Assembly: GCF_000008665.1 (NCBI RefSeq)
Contig: NC_000917.1
Span: 1,170,001-1,202,000 of the forward strand
Length of the DNA stretch: 32,000 nt
Source: Archaeoglobus fulgidus DSM 4304
GTDB lineage: Archaea; Halobacteriota; Archaeoglobi; Archaeoglobales; Archaeoglobaceae
Reading direction: 5' to 3'
The position numbers and the translations under genes were made by a program. Below, piece by piece: positions 1 through 8,370 of this stretch; the first letter of the stretch is position 1, and each line of letters starts with the position of its first letter. The notes under the pieces are model-generated. The model ran no database searches, was not told where the DNA came from, and saw only the letters and a list, made by a program, of their open reading frames with translations.

Positions 1-1
1 C

Positions 2-133
2 TGCAACCACGCCTCCAACTATTTGCCACTGAAGGGAACGCTGCCTGAAGACAGAGAAAAGCTGCTCAAGGCCATCGACTACGCCATAGCCCATCCGGAA
101 GTCCTTAAGCCTGAGTGGCTGAGGGGGCTTTAA
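2..133 (+). CDS. 3' end of an unidentified CDS entering from the left edge (...EKLLKAIDYAIAHPEVLKPEWLRGL*)
   Basis: Frame is open from the window edge to TAA at 131-133. Only 43 residues are visible and I recognise no family. Confidence 0.35.
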   Translation, partial: CNHASNYLPLKGTLPEDREKLLKAIDYAIAHPEVLKPEWLRGL

Positions 134-142
134 AAATAAAAA

Positions 143-1120
143 TTAGCTGAGCGACTCTGCAATCTTTATAAGTTCATCTTTCGGCAGCTCACCGCTAATG
201 GACACCTGAACTCCATTTTTCTCGATGTAAAGGACTGATGCCCCAAATATCTCGCCGTAATAGGCCTTTTCACCGTTAATCTCCACTTCCTCAAAATCCT
301 TGGGAACCTCTGACTTCTCGGTTGATTCCAAAATCGTTAAAGCCTTTTCTCCGTCTGAGTAAGTAAGAAATGCTGAGTCATTCGTTACGCTGACAGACTT
401 TAGCTCGTATCCTGCGGTGTAGGATGGGACAAGGATTTTGAAGCTCGCTTCCTTCTGAGCCTCCTCAACGCTTTCATACGTCTTCGGGAGCTTGAAGTCA
501 AATTTTTCAACTTCAGCACCCTCTGGAGGCTTGAACTCAAAGAAGCTGTCGTCAACGCCTGTGTTGAAGCTCAGATTCCTGTATTCGATGTACATTTTGA
601 TACCTCCGAAGCTCGTTTCCACCCTTATGGGGAACCAGAACTCCTTGTCAACCCACATTTTGGTGGCGTTCTCCCTATCATTCTTCGGCTTTAAATTCAG
701 AACGAAACAGTCCCTGCCTGAAACCTTCTCCTCTCCGAGAAGCTCAACATCGTAGTATTCGAGCATTTCCTTTATCAGTGTAGTGTAGTCGAACTTGAGC
801 GGTGTGGATTCCTTAGTCATGTTCATCTCAAAAACCACCACCTTGTTGTTCTTCTTGTCGTAGCTCCACATAACGCTGCCGTTGGACACAGCAATGGAGT
901 TCTCATCCTCCATGTATAATTTATAGGGCTTCTTGAAGATGTAGGTGTAGTTCATCTCCATCTTACCCATCGGGCCCTCAGACACCACATAAACCTCTGC
1001 CCTCAAATCCTGAATTTTCTCCTCCTTTTCCTGCATCTTCTTCGCTATCTCTTCGGCGCTCATCTGCACACAGCCAGCCAGAACGGAAACTACAAGGAGA
1101 GCAATCAGCAACCTCTTCAT
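143..1120 (-). CDS. LolA-like / DUF4367-like secreted lipoprotein (putative)
   Basis: From the internal ATG at 1120 the protein begins MKRLLIALLVVSVLAGC, a signal peptide with a lipobox-like Cys. The mature part is beta-rich and resembles LolA-fold lipoprotein-sorting-like proteins. A TATA-like gatatataaag at 1141-1151 lies ~26 nt upstream of 1120, which favours this start over the ORF-track start at 1159. Confidence 0.55.
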   Translation of the reverse strand: MKRLLIALLVVSVLAGCVQMSAEEIAKKMQEKEEKIQDLRAEVYVVSEGPMGKMEMNYTYIFKKPYKLYMEDENSIAVSNGSVMWSYDKKNNKVVVFEMNMTKESTPLKFDYTTLIKEMLEYYDVELLGEEKVSGRDCFVLNLKPKNDRENATKMWVDKEFWFPIRVETSFGGIKMYIEYRNLSFNTGVDDSFFEFKPPEGAEVEKFDFKLPKTYESVEEAQKEASFKILVPSYTAGYELKSVSVTNDSAFLTYSDGEKALTILESTEKSEVPKDFEEVEINGEKAYYGEIFGASVLYIEKNGVQVSISGELPKDELIKIAESLS

Positions 1121-1210
1121 GTGTGCTGTGTTTTGTTCTGGATATATAAAGTTTGCCACTTGCAGTCAAATGACTGAAAAACATATTAAATCATGAAACT
1201 AAGGCGAAAC

Positions 1211-1963
1211 ATGAAGTGGAACGATGAGGGAAAGAGAATTGTTGAGATGCTGAAACTCCGCACACCACCAGTTGGTGTAAAATTCTTCCAGGAGAAGTAC
1301 GAGCCTGAAAGGGCCTTTAGGCCGTCAAAATACGGAATAAAGATGGCAGTCTGTCAGGCCATTGCCTTTGCCCGCTACATCGGCAGAACGGTTGTGCTTG
1401 AGGCTGAGGACTTTGGGTGCCCTCCTGCGATGCTCCTTTACGGCGTGGCGGAGTATGAAGGGAGCCTGAAGGATATTCTGGTTGGCGCGCAGTGGCTGAA
1501 GGATGAGAGCTGCGAGGTTGCGGAGCAGAAGCTTCCATTGGGGAAGTATAAGAGCTTCGTTTTTGGGGACATGACGAAAATGGCGGAGGAGCCTGAGGCT
1601 GTGATGATTTTTGGAACTCCTGCCCAGATTGGGAGGCTGATACAGGCAGCAACCTACTTCGGAGGGGCTGTGAAGGCAAATCTGACGGCAAAAACTGCAT
1701 CGTGTGCTGAAGCTCTTTTCCCGGCTTTAAGGGGAGAGGTGGCGATTGCAGTTCCCGGAGCTGGAGACAGAGTTTTTGCCGCGATTCAGGAGACGGAGAT
1801 GATTTTTGCCATGCCCTATGCTTGGACAGGCAAAATCTTGGAGGGGCTTGAGAATGCAGGCAGGGGGGCAAATATCAGCTACCCGCCCTCACCCTTCCTG
1901 ATGTTCACTCCACGCTTCCCCAAGCACTACAGAGAGACTGCGGAGAAGTTCAAGCTCGTTTGA
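1211..1963 (+). CDS. DUF169 (COG2043) family protein
   Basis: N-terminus ...EMLKLRTPPVGVKFF... and overall length are typical of DUF169. The start is uncertain: ATG 1211 sits ~27 nt downstream of an AT-rich box (acatattaaat, ~1179-1189), while the ORF track starts at 1193. Confidence 0.55.
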   Translation: MKWNDEGKRIVEMLKLRTPPVGVKFFQEKYEPERAFRPSKYGIKMAVCQAIAFARYIGRTVVLEAEDFGCPPAMLLYGVAEYEGSLKDILVGAQWLKDESCEVAEQKLPLGKYKSFVFGDMTKMAEEPEAVMIFGTPAQIGRLIQAATYFGGAVKANLTAKTASCAEALFPALRGEVAIAVPGAGDRVFAAIQETEMIFAMPYAWTGKILEGLENAGRGANISYPPSPFLMFTPRFPKHYRETAEKFKLV

Positions 1964-2597
1964 GGGCTGTAATCACACCATGACACCTGCAGGCGGTGGC
2001 GACAACAATTTTTTCCCTTTTTTCAGCCTGCTTCATTAGCTTGGCGAGTTCCTCACCCGAAATAGCCCCCAAACCCGGCTCAAGCTGCCTGCTGATTAAT
2101 ACGAAAGCATCCGGATAGGCAAACTTAACGAGGTCGTGCATCGGGCAGGGCTTTTTTATCTTGGTTACGGGGCAGATGTCGGGAGCGGAGCACTTTTCCA
2201 AGCAATCGGCATCCCTGTTGTAGCTCACAACCACGCTTCCTCTGCCTGCTGAGACAACGACTCTTGCAGGCAGATTGCCGATTATGCAGTCCAGCACCTC
2301 ATTCCACGGTTTGAGGTCAAATTTCAGCCTCAAAGCCTCGGCAGCGACGTGGAGAGGAGCGGTGGGGAAGATGTACTCAGGCTTAAATTTGAGAAGGGAT
2401 GGCAGGATTTCGATGCCCCCCTTCAGAAAGTACCTTCCCTCTTTAACTTCCTCAATACTATCTACCCTGACCAAATCAAGCTCCCTCATCGCAAGGCACT
2501 CCGGATTTCTGTCGATTATGACGTAGTCCCTTGACCTCTTCTCCAGAAACCTCGCAGCCTCGACTCCGTACTTTCCCCCTCCGACAATTACGTCCAT
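1950..2597 (-). CDS. Rossmann-fold nucleotide-binding protein with a Cys-rich C-terminal half (function unknown)
   Basis: N-terminal VIVGGGKYGVEAARFL is a GxGxxG dinucleotide-binding motif. A Cys cluster follows (DCLEKCSAPDICPVTKIKKPCPMH, later ACRCH). The start lies 1 nt after the stop of the upstream CoA-transferase gene, so the two are probably co-transcribed. Confidence 0.5.
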   Translation of the reverse strand: MDVIVGGGKYGVEAARFLEKRSRDYVIIDRNPECLAMRELDLVRVDSIEEVKEGRYFLKGGIEILPSLLKFKPEYIFPTAPLHVAAEALRLKFDLKPWNEVLDCIIGNLPARVVVSAGRGSVVVSYNRDADCLEKCSAPDICPVTKIKKPCPMHDLVKFAYPDAFVLISRQLEPGLGAISGEELAKLMKQAEKREKIVVATACRCHGVITALKRA

Positions 2598-2598
2598 C

Positions 2599-3594
2599 TC
2601 ACCACCTGAAAGGAGGCTTGATCAGCCTTATCCTCCTTCCGTTCCACTCCACCTCATCCACAAGCTTCTCTCTAACCCTATCCTCAATTTTATCAACATC
2701 CCTCAGGCTCAAGACCTCAAAGGCGGGAACGTCGGCGTCTTGCAGAACTTTGACAGCCTCCTCAGTAGTCATCCGGCCGAGCTTTTCCTCAATCGCCTTC
2801 CTGACCTCCTCGTATCTTGAAAAGCTCTCAACGAGGGAAAAATTGAATCCAAGATTCAAAGCTGAGCAGAGTCGCCTCCAGAAGTGCTCTTCAGCAATGA
2901 TGCCGAGAGTTATGTATCCGTCTCTCGTCCTGTAGATGCCGTATGCGGGATTGCTTGAGAATGCTGGTAAAATTCCCAGCCCGTTTAGTATGGAGGAAGT
3001 GTGGATTGGGGCGGAAAAGAGGGCTGAGTGGAACATGCTGATGTCTATGTATCTACCCCTCCCCGTCCTCTCCCTCTCGTGAAGGGCAGCAAGAATTGCT
3101 ATGGCAGCATAAACGGCTGATGAGAAATCTGCGAGCTGCAAGTTGGGGTCCCTCATCTCCCTGCCCATTGCCGAAATCTCCAGAATGCCCCCAAGACCGA
3201 GGCAGTTTAAATCGTGTGCCGGCAAATGGGAAAGCCTGTTTTCCTGTCCAAAGGCTGAAATGGAGCAGTAGATAATGGATTCGTTCACCTTCTTAACGCT
3301 CTCGTAATCAATTCCAAGCTTCTTCGCCACTCCCGGCCTGAACCCCTCAACCACCACATCGGCATCCTCTGCAAGCTTCATGAACTCTCTCAAACCATCC
3401 TCCGACTTGAGGTCAAGGAAAAGGAACTTCTTGCCGTAATTCATCGCCGCAAAAACTGCGTCAAGCATCCTCCCCGGCTCACCGCCGGGGGGCTCGACCT
3501 TAATCACTTCTGCCCCCAAATTCCTCAGAAGCTGGCAGCAAAAGGGGCCGGGGTAGAAGGCAGCAACCTCAACAACTTTAACATCTTCAAGCAT
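2599..3594 (-). CDS. Family III CoA-transferase (CaiB/BaiF family)
   Basis: N-terminus LEDVKVVEVAAFYPGPFCCQLLRNLGAEVIKVEPPGG and the overall layout are characteristic of family III CoA-transferases. ATG is at 3594. Confidence 0.85.
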   Translation of the reverse strand: MLEDVKVVEVAAFYPGPFCCQLLRNLGAEVIKVEPPGGEPGRMLDAVFAAMNYGKKFLFLDLKSEDGLREFMKLAEDADVVVEGFRPGVAKKLGIDYESVKKVNESIIYCSISAFGQENRLSHLPAHDLNCLGLGGILEISAMGREMRDPNLQLADFSSAVYAAIAILAALHERERTGRGRYIDISMFHSALFSAPIHTSSILNGLGILPAFSSNPAYGIYRTRDGYITLGIIAEEHFWRRLCSALNLGFNFSLVESFSRYEEVRKAIEEKLGRMTTEEAVKVLQDADVPAFEVLSLRDVDKIEDRVREKLVDEVEWNGRRIRLIKPPFRW

Positions 3595-3614
3595 GACGGG
3601 AATTGTTTTGAAGA

Positions 3615-3622
3615 TTTATAAA
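3615..3622. promoter_or_regulatory. Palindromic TATA element TTTATAAA shared by the divergent genes starting at 3594 (-) and 3643 (+)
   Basis: The 8-bp palindrome is centred at 3618.5, the midpoint between the two start codons and ~25 nt from each. Archaeal TATA boxes normally sit at about -26. Confidence 0.45.
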
Positions 3623-3642
3623 GTGCGTGATTTACTGGCAGC

Positions 3643-4833
3643 ATGTACCGTCTGAAGTGCATTGAATGCGGGAAGGAATGGGGCGATGAAAACTACACCT
3701 GCGAGTGTGGAGGGCTTCTGGAGGTTGAAATAGACCTTGATGAGGTTGAAATTGACTTCAGGCTTGATGGAAGCAACATCACGGTCTGGAAGTACCGCTC
3801 TCTCCTCCCCGTTAAAATTGACCCTGTCACGCTGAAGGAGGGTGGAACTCCTCTTTACAGGGCCGAGAGGCTTGAGAAGGAGGTTGGTGTGAGGAGAGTT
3901 TATGTTAAGCACGAAGGTCTGAACCCCTCAGGCTCCTTCAAGGACAGGGGGATGACTGTAGGAGTGACCAAAGCCCTTGAGCTTGGGAGAAAAGCTGTTG
4001 CGTGTGCATCAACAGGCAACACCTCAGCCTCAATGGCGATGTATGCGGCAAAGGCGGGGCTAAAGGCCTACGTCCTGCTTCCTGCAGGCAAGGTGGCGCT
4101 GGGAAAGGTTGCTCAAGCTTTAATGCACGGGGCGAAGGTTATAGGAATCGACGGGAACTTCGATGACGCGCTCAGAATTGTGAGGGAAGTTTGCAGCAGG
4201 GAGCCAATCTACCTCCTGAACTCCATCAACCCCTTCAGGCCTGAGGGGCAGAAGACCATCGCCTACGAGATTGCAGATGAAATTGGTGTGCCCGACAGAG
4301 TTGTTCTGCCTGTGGGGAATGCCGGGAACATATCAGCAATCTACAAGGGATTTAAGGAGCTCAGAGAGGTTGGTTTGACAGATTCAATGCCCAAAATGAC
4401 GGGGATTCAGGCTGAGGGAGCGGCGCCGATTTACAGGGCTTTTAAAGAGGGAAAAGAGGACATAACACCTATGGAGAATCCGGAAACCATAGCGACGGCC
4501 ATAAGAATAGGGAATCCAGTCAGCGCGAAAAAGGCTTTAAGGGCCATCTACAGCACAAACGGGCTGGCAGAGGTTGTTAGCGATTCAGAAATCATCGAGG
4601 CGCAGAAGTTCTTAGCTGCGAAGGAGGGCATAGGGGTTGAGCCAGCCTCAGCGGCAAGCGTTGCGGGGCTGAGAAAGCTCGCAGCCAATGGTATGCTCGA
4701 CCCGGATGAAACCATCGTGTGTGTTGTGACGGGCAATTTACTCAAAGACCCGGAGACTGTTGTGAGGGTTTGCGGAGAGCCGGTGAAAGTTGAGGCGAGC
4801 GTTGAGGCTGTAATCAGGGCGATGAGGGCTTGA
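3643..4833 (+). CDS. thrC: Threonine synthase
   Basis: PLP-lysine motif LNPSGSFKDRGM, an N-terminal Cys4 zinc ribbon (CIECG...CECGG) and 396 aa length are typical of archaeal ThrC. Confidence 0.95.
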   Translation: MYRLKCIECGKEWGDENYTCECGGLLEVEIDLDEVEIDFRLDGSNITVWKYRSLLPVKIDPVTLKEGGTPLYRAERLEKEVGVRRVYVKHEGLNPSGSFKDRGMTVGVTKALELGRKAVACASTGNTSASMAMYAAKAGLKAYVLLPAGKVALGKVAQALMHGAKVIGIDGNFDDALRIVREVCSREPIYLLNSINPFRPEGQKTIAYEIADEIGVPDRVVLPVGNAGNISAIYKGFKELREVGLTDSMPKMTGIQAEGAAPIYRAFKEGKEDITPMENPETIATAIRIGNPVSAKKALRAIYSTNGLAEVVSDSEIIEAQKFLAAKEGIGVEPASAASVAGLRKLAANGMLDPDETIVCVVTGNLLKDPETVVRVCGEPVKVEASVEAVIRAMRA

Positions 4834-5208
4834 AAGCTATGAGATAAAGCCTGTTGAAGATTAGTCTGGATTCCCTTGAGAGCTCTTCCTTAACTATTTT
4901 GAGGAAATTCTGGCGGTATTCCTCACTCAAGGGTTTTGAATAGCATTGTTGGTTCAGGTAGGCTGCTGCAGCACCTGAAAGGAAAACTTTGAAAATTTCA
5001 TCCCCTGAATGGTGAGTTTCAACTCTCAGAATTTTGCAGAATCTGACGTCAAAGCCTGTCCTTTCAAACAGCCTTCGATACTCATTTTCGCTGTCGAGAA
5101 AGAACCACGGGCTTCTGAAGCTTTTGAAAATTTTTGAGGTTCTTTTATCTTTTTCAACAGATCTCAGCGCCTTGAGGAAGGTGGGAGAGTAGTTTTGCGT
5201 TGCGGGGG
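4814..5208 (-). pseudogene. Start-less 3' remnant of a Tam-like class I SAM-dependent methyltransferase gene
   Basis: My hand translation of the minus strand gives a stop-free frame from 5260 down to TGA at 4814-4816. The sequence is ...TQNYSPTFLKALRSVEKDKRTSKIFKSFRSPWFFLDSENEYRRLFERTGFDVRFCKILRVETHHSGDEIFKVFLSGAAAAYLNQQCYSKPLSEEYRQNFLKIVKEELSRESRLIFNRLYLIAFKPSSP*. There is no ATG, GTG or TTG until 38 codons from the end, which is why it is absent from the ORF track. The pattern matches the C-terminal half of trans-aconitate-methyltransferase-like enzymes. The SAM-binding N-terminal half is missing. Confidence 0.55.
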
Positions 5209-5282
5209 ATATATATACAAAACTTAAGTCTGTTTGGATAACCGCATTTAGATTTTGGTATTATTAATTTTATATTTAATTT

Positions 5283-5301
5283 GAATAATAGAAGAAAAGA
5301 T
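5283..5301 (-). terminator. Candidate oligo-T terminator downstream of the pAgo operon
   Basis: The minus strand reads atcttttcttctattattc 32-50 nt after the stop at 5333-5335. Archaeal termination uses T-rich tracts. The surrounding AT-rich background makes this weak evidence. Confidence 0.25.
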
Positions 5302-5332
5302 TAGTTAGCAGAATTATCTTCCGGTTTTCAAA

Positions 5333-6346
5333 TTAAGGTATCATTCTGGTTATTAATGAAACTAGTCCTAAGGCCTTTAAGATTGGAACCACTATCATAA
5401 ATTCTCCAATTTGCCCCAAAGTTATTTTAATTCTTTTTACAGGAAGTTCAATTGGTGGCAATCTTTCTTCAAAATATAAAAAAGAAGTTCCAACTATTAT
5501 CATTAAAATCTGCCCATGTGTTTCGTATGTAATTTTTATGCTTTCAATAGACCATAATTTGATTAACAAAAATAAAAGAGAAGACAGTACAGGAAACCAG
5601 ACTTTCTTATTTATTCTAAGCATAACTTCTTTTTTTATTATTCTGTTTAGCTCGCTTTCTGTGAAAATATATATCCTGTTCTTTTTTAGAAATAGATACA
5701 TCAAAAATACAACCAGATCAAATCTTTCAAATTTATAATTCAATATTTCAGGGATAAACTTTTCTCTTAGACTTTCTTTTTGATTTTCGTACTCCTCTGA
5801 AGTAATTAATTCCCATAACAAATATTCCTTTAAATTTTTAATTTTGGATGTATCTATATTTACATTTATTTTCTCTAAAAAAATTTGCTTACATGCCCAA
5901 TAATAAATTAACTCTTCACCTTGAGTCCTTAAGTACTCTAACAATGATTTAAAATATTCCAATTCACCAATTTTTTTGAGTATATTGAAATTCAATATTG
6001 GCAAAAGTTGAATTATTAGATTTGACTTTTCAGTAATAGGGCTTTTTTCAATTCTATTTTTCAATTTATTCCAATATATTAACAAATCCTCGCCAACAAT
6101 TAAAGCTGACACTAGGGCTGTTAAAATAGTTTCAGAGTCCAATCTTCTTCTTTCCTTAATTTTCTGAGAATAGGATTCCGCTAATTTCTTTACCTTCTTG
6201 TTTTTGTAGAAGCCATGAATGTATGCGCAAAGAACAAATCTAATCTCCTGATTAGAAATTTGTGGGTCAAACTCCCAATTATCAACAACATAATTCATCC
6301 TTTTTTCTATTTCATTTATTTTATCAATATATATTTTATCCATCAT
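5333..6346 (-). CDS. Hypothetical membrane protein; candidate pAgo-associated effector
   Basis: 337 aa from ATG at 6346. That ATG overlaps the Ago stop as ATGA (6343-6346). The N-terminal ~250 aa are K/E/I/L-rich and look helical and soluble. Hydrophobic segments (ORF-track numbering) are [18 protein letters not shown] (252-269), [15 protein letters not shown] (281-295) and [23 protein letters not shown] (314-336), plus [12 protein letters not shown] (212-223). I recognise no family. Confidence 0.7.
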
Positions 6347-7626
6347 AGGAACCACGGATTCGTTTGTAATGAGCGATTCCCTTCTGGGTTTATTGGATAT
6401 CCTCCATAACGATTTACATTTGCTATGATTCCTGCGACCAATTTTGGATAATTAACCGTAACGGGTAGATTTCTACTTCTAAATCCTCTCCAATTCATTT
6501 TAGACAGATAATATATTTCATCCAAAATCTCATGAACATTGTGGTAGTATTCTTCAGAAGTCCAATTATCGCTAACGATCTCAACACTTAATGGTTTTAT
6601 AGGGGTTACCATTTCTAATCCATTTCGTTTAAGATAAGGCTGTAAAAGTGTTAATAAGTATCTTTTAGAACTTAATTTTACTTTTGTCCCTTCATACGGA
6701 TGAAATCTATTGTTAGGGTCTCCCATTACCCAAAATGGATGAGTTTCATTTAAGTGAAGTATAGCATATTTTACGTCTCTTGATACCATTTCTTGTTTTT
6801 TTAACTCTTCAACCGTTTCTTTTAAAATCTTTGTCTCTCCATCTTTCATTTTGGGCCTTTTTCCACTTACATGTAAAGTTAACTTTTCGACATCCCAATC
6901 CGGATTACTTTTTTTGAAACCATATACCACTTTCTTAATTGTACTTTTTAAATATGTTAGATATTCACTACTCGTAACTATTGGTGAAATTTCATTCCAC
7001 AGCATTGTCCCATCTTTCTTGAAGACCATAGCAAAACAAAATAGATTTACATTATCAATACGTGTTGCGCCAGTTCCTATTATAATGTCTGAACCTTTTT
7101 CAGGATCTACATTTAAAATCCAAGGTTTTCCACCAAGTTTTGAAACAAATTGTACCAACAGATTGTCAACATAGAATGTCAAATTTCTGTTAGATAATAT
7201 ATCATATCTCATAAATTGTGATGGGATACTATTTATTAAATACGATTTAAGCTTATAATATAATGGGGTATTATATTCTGGAAGAACGAGCATAATTCCG
7301 TCCACACCCGTATCTATAGCATTATCTACTTGAGATTTGATAGAGTCAAAGTGTGGGGAATCGTAGATAAACTCAGAAATGTTTATATTATGAATATGCC
7401 ACACCTCATCAATTTTAGAACTTATTTGTGATTTCAATTGGTTTATTAAACTTGAAAACTGATTGTTATGGATTAATGCAATTTGATTATACTTTAAGGA
7501 GGGGACTTCATAAGGCCCATAATTCCTTAATCCTTTAATCAACTCACCAGTGTTTGATATTGGTACAGATGCGCCATTCCCTATACGGTATGTCAAACCA
7601 TTTTCAACTATTTTATATTCCATCAT
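6343..7626 (-). CDS. MID-PIWI-only prokaryotic Argonaute (AfPiwi/AfAgo), catalytically inactive
   Basis: 427 aa, [16 protein letters not shown]...[12 protein letters not shown] recognise this as the crystallised A. fulgidus Piwi protein. The 5'-phosphate pocket residues fall at Y123, K127, Q137 and K163 when I count them, and the chain ends in Leu427, whose carboxylate completes the metal site. The position of the first catalytic Asp reads IIIGTGAT rather than GxDV. GAGGTG at 7634-7639 lies 7 nt upstream of the ATG. Confidence 0.97.
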
Positions 7627-8363
7627 TGTTTGACACCTCTACTATTTCAAGAGGCTTAAAAACAATCTTAATTTCTCCATCAGGAGTGCTAAAAGTCTTT
7701 TCATCTTCTGAAGAACCGAAGGCTTCTTTTAAAAGCCCTGTGAGAAGGTTAAACTTATCCCGCATAGCTGTTGCATATTTTTTACCTTCAGGTGTAAGAT
7801 GTCTATGGAATGCTTGAACAGACACCCATATTTTCTTTTTGACACTTTCCCCGTACTTATCTTTAATCTTCGTATATGAGATTCGCTGGTTATTTTCTCG
7901 ATCAAGGATATTTATTTTTAGATCAACAATAATTCCAAAATTTGTATTTTGCCAATGATGAACATTAATTATTAACTCGTATTGTAGCTTTATTATATTG
8001 GAGAACTCATAGTTTTCAGTAATTTCCTTAACTAATCTCAAAGTTGATCCCAACTCTTTTAATTGCCATGGTGTAGCTATATTCTCTGACAATATATCAA
8101 GAAGATACTTTCGAAATATTTTTCCAAACAAAGCATTACTATTATCTATTTCATCAAATTCGTTTTCTATGCCATAACCATATAAATAAATTAAATCTCC
8201 GATCCTTTTTTTCCATTTACCTGGTAAAAATTCCTCATAATATGGAATTGCTGATACCTTTATCGTTTCTGGATAGTTAACGATGGGGTAAATATTAATA
8301 TAGAATTCCTGAACTTCTTACATCTGGAGTGTTCACATTACCCGAACTGAGTGGTATTTCCAT
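7613..8363 (-). CDS. Candidate Ago N-L1-L2-like partner protein (about 249 aa), interrupted by an apparent 1-nt frameshift near its 5' end
   Basis: ATG at 8363 is preceded by AGGAGG (8371-8376) with a 7-nt spacer. That frame gives MEIPLSSGNVNTPDVRSSGILY and then TAA at 8295-8297. The +1 frame is open from 8317 and reads EVQEFYINIYPIVNYPETIKVSAIPYYEEFLPGKWKKRIGDLIYLYGYGIENEFDEIDNSNALFGKIF..., continuing into the 172-aa track ORF, which starts only at a TTG at 8131. The stop at 7613 lies 14 nt inside the Ago ORF. The partner role is inferred from operon position, size and the beta-rich N-terminus. Confidence 0.7.
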
Positions 8364-8370
8364 GATAACT

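Noticed and set aside
3616-3912. 98-aa minus-strand ORF overlapping the thrC start
   Set aside because: It is antisense to thrC and spans the shared promoter. It has no motifs and an implausible sequence.
5538-7817. Plus-strand ORFs inside the island (5538-5738, 6215-6409, 6851-7174, 7554-7817)
   Set aside because: They are antisense to the pAgo operon genes and their translations are dominated by F/L/I/S, as expected from AT-rich sequence read in the wrong frame.
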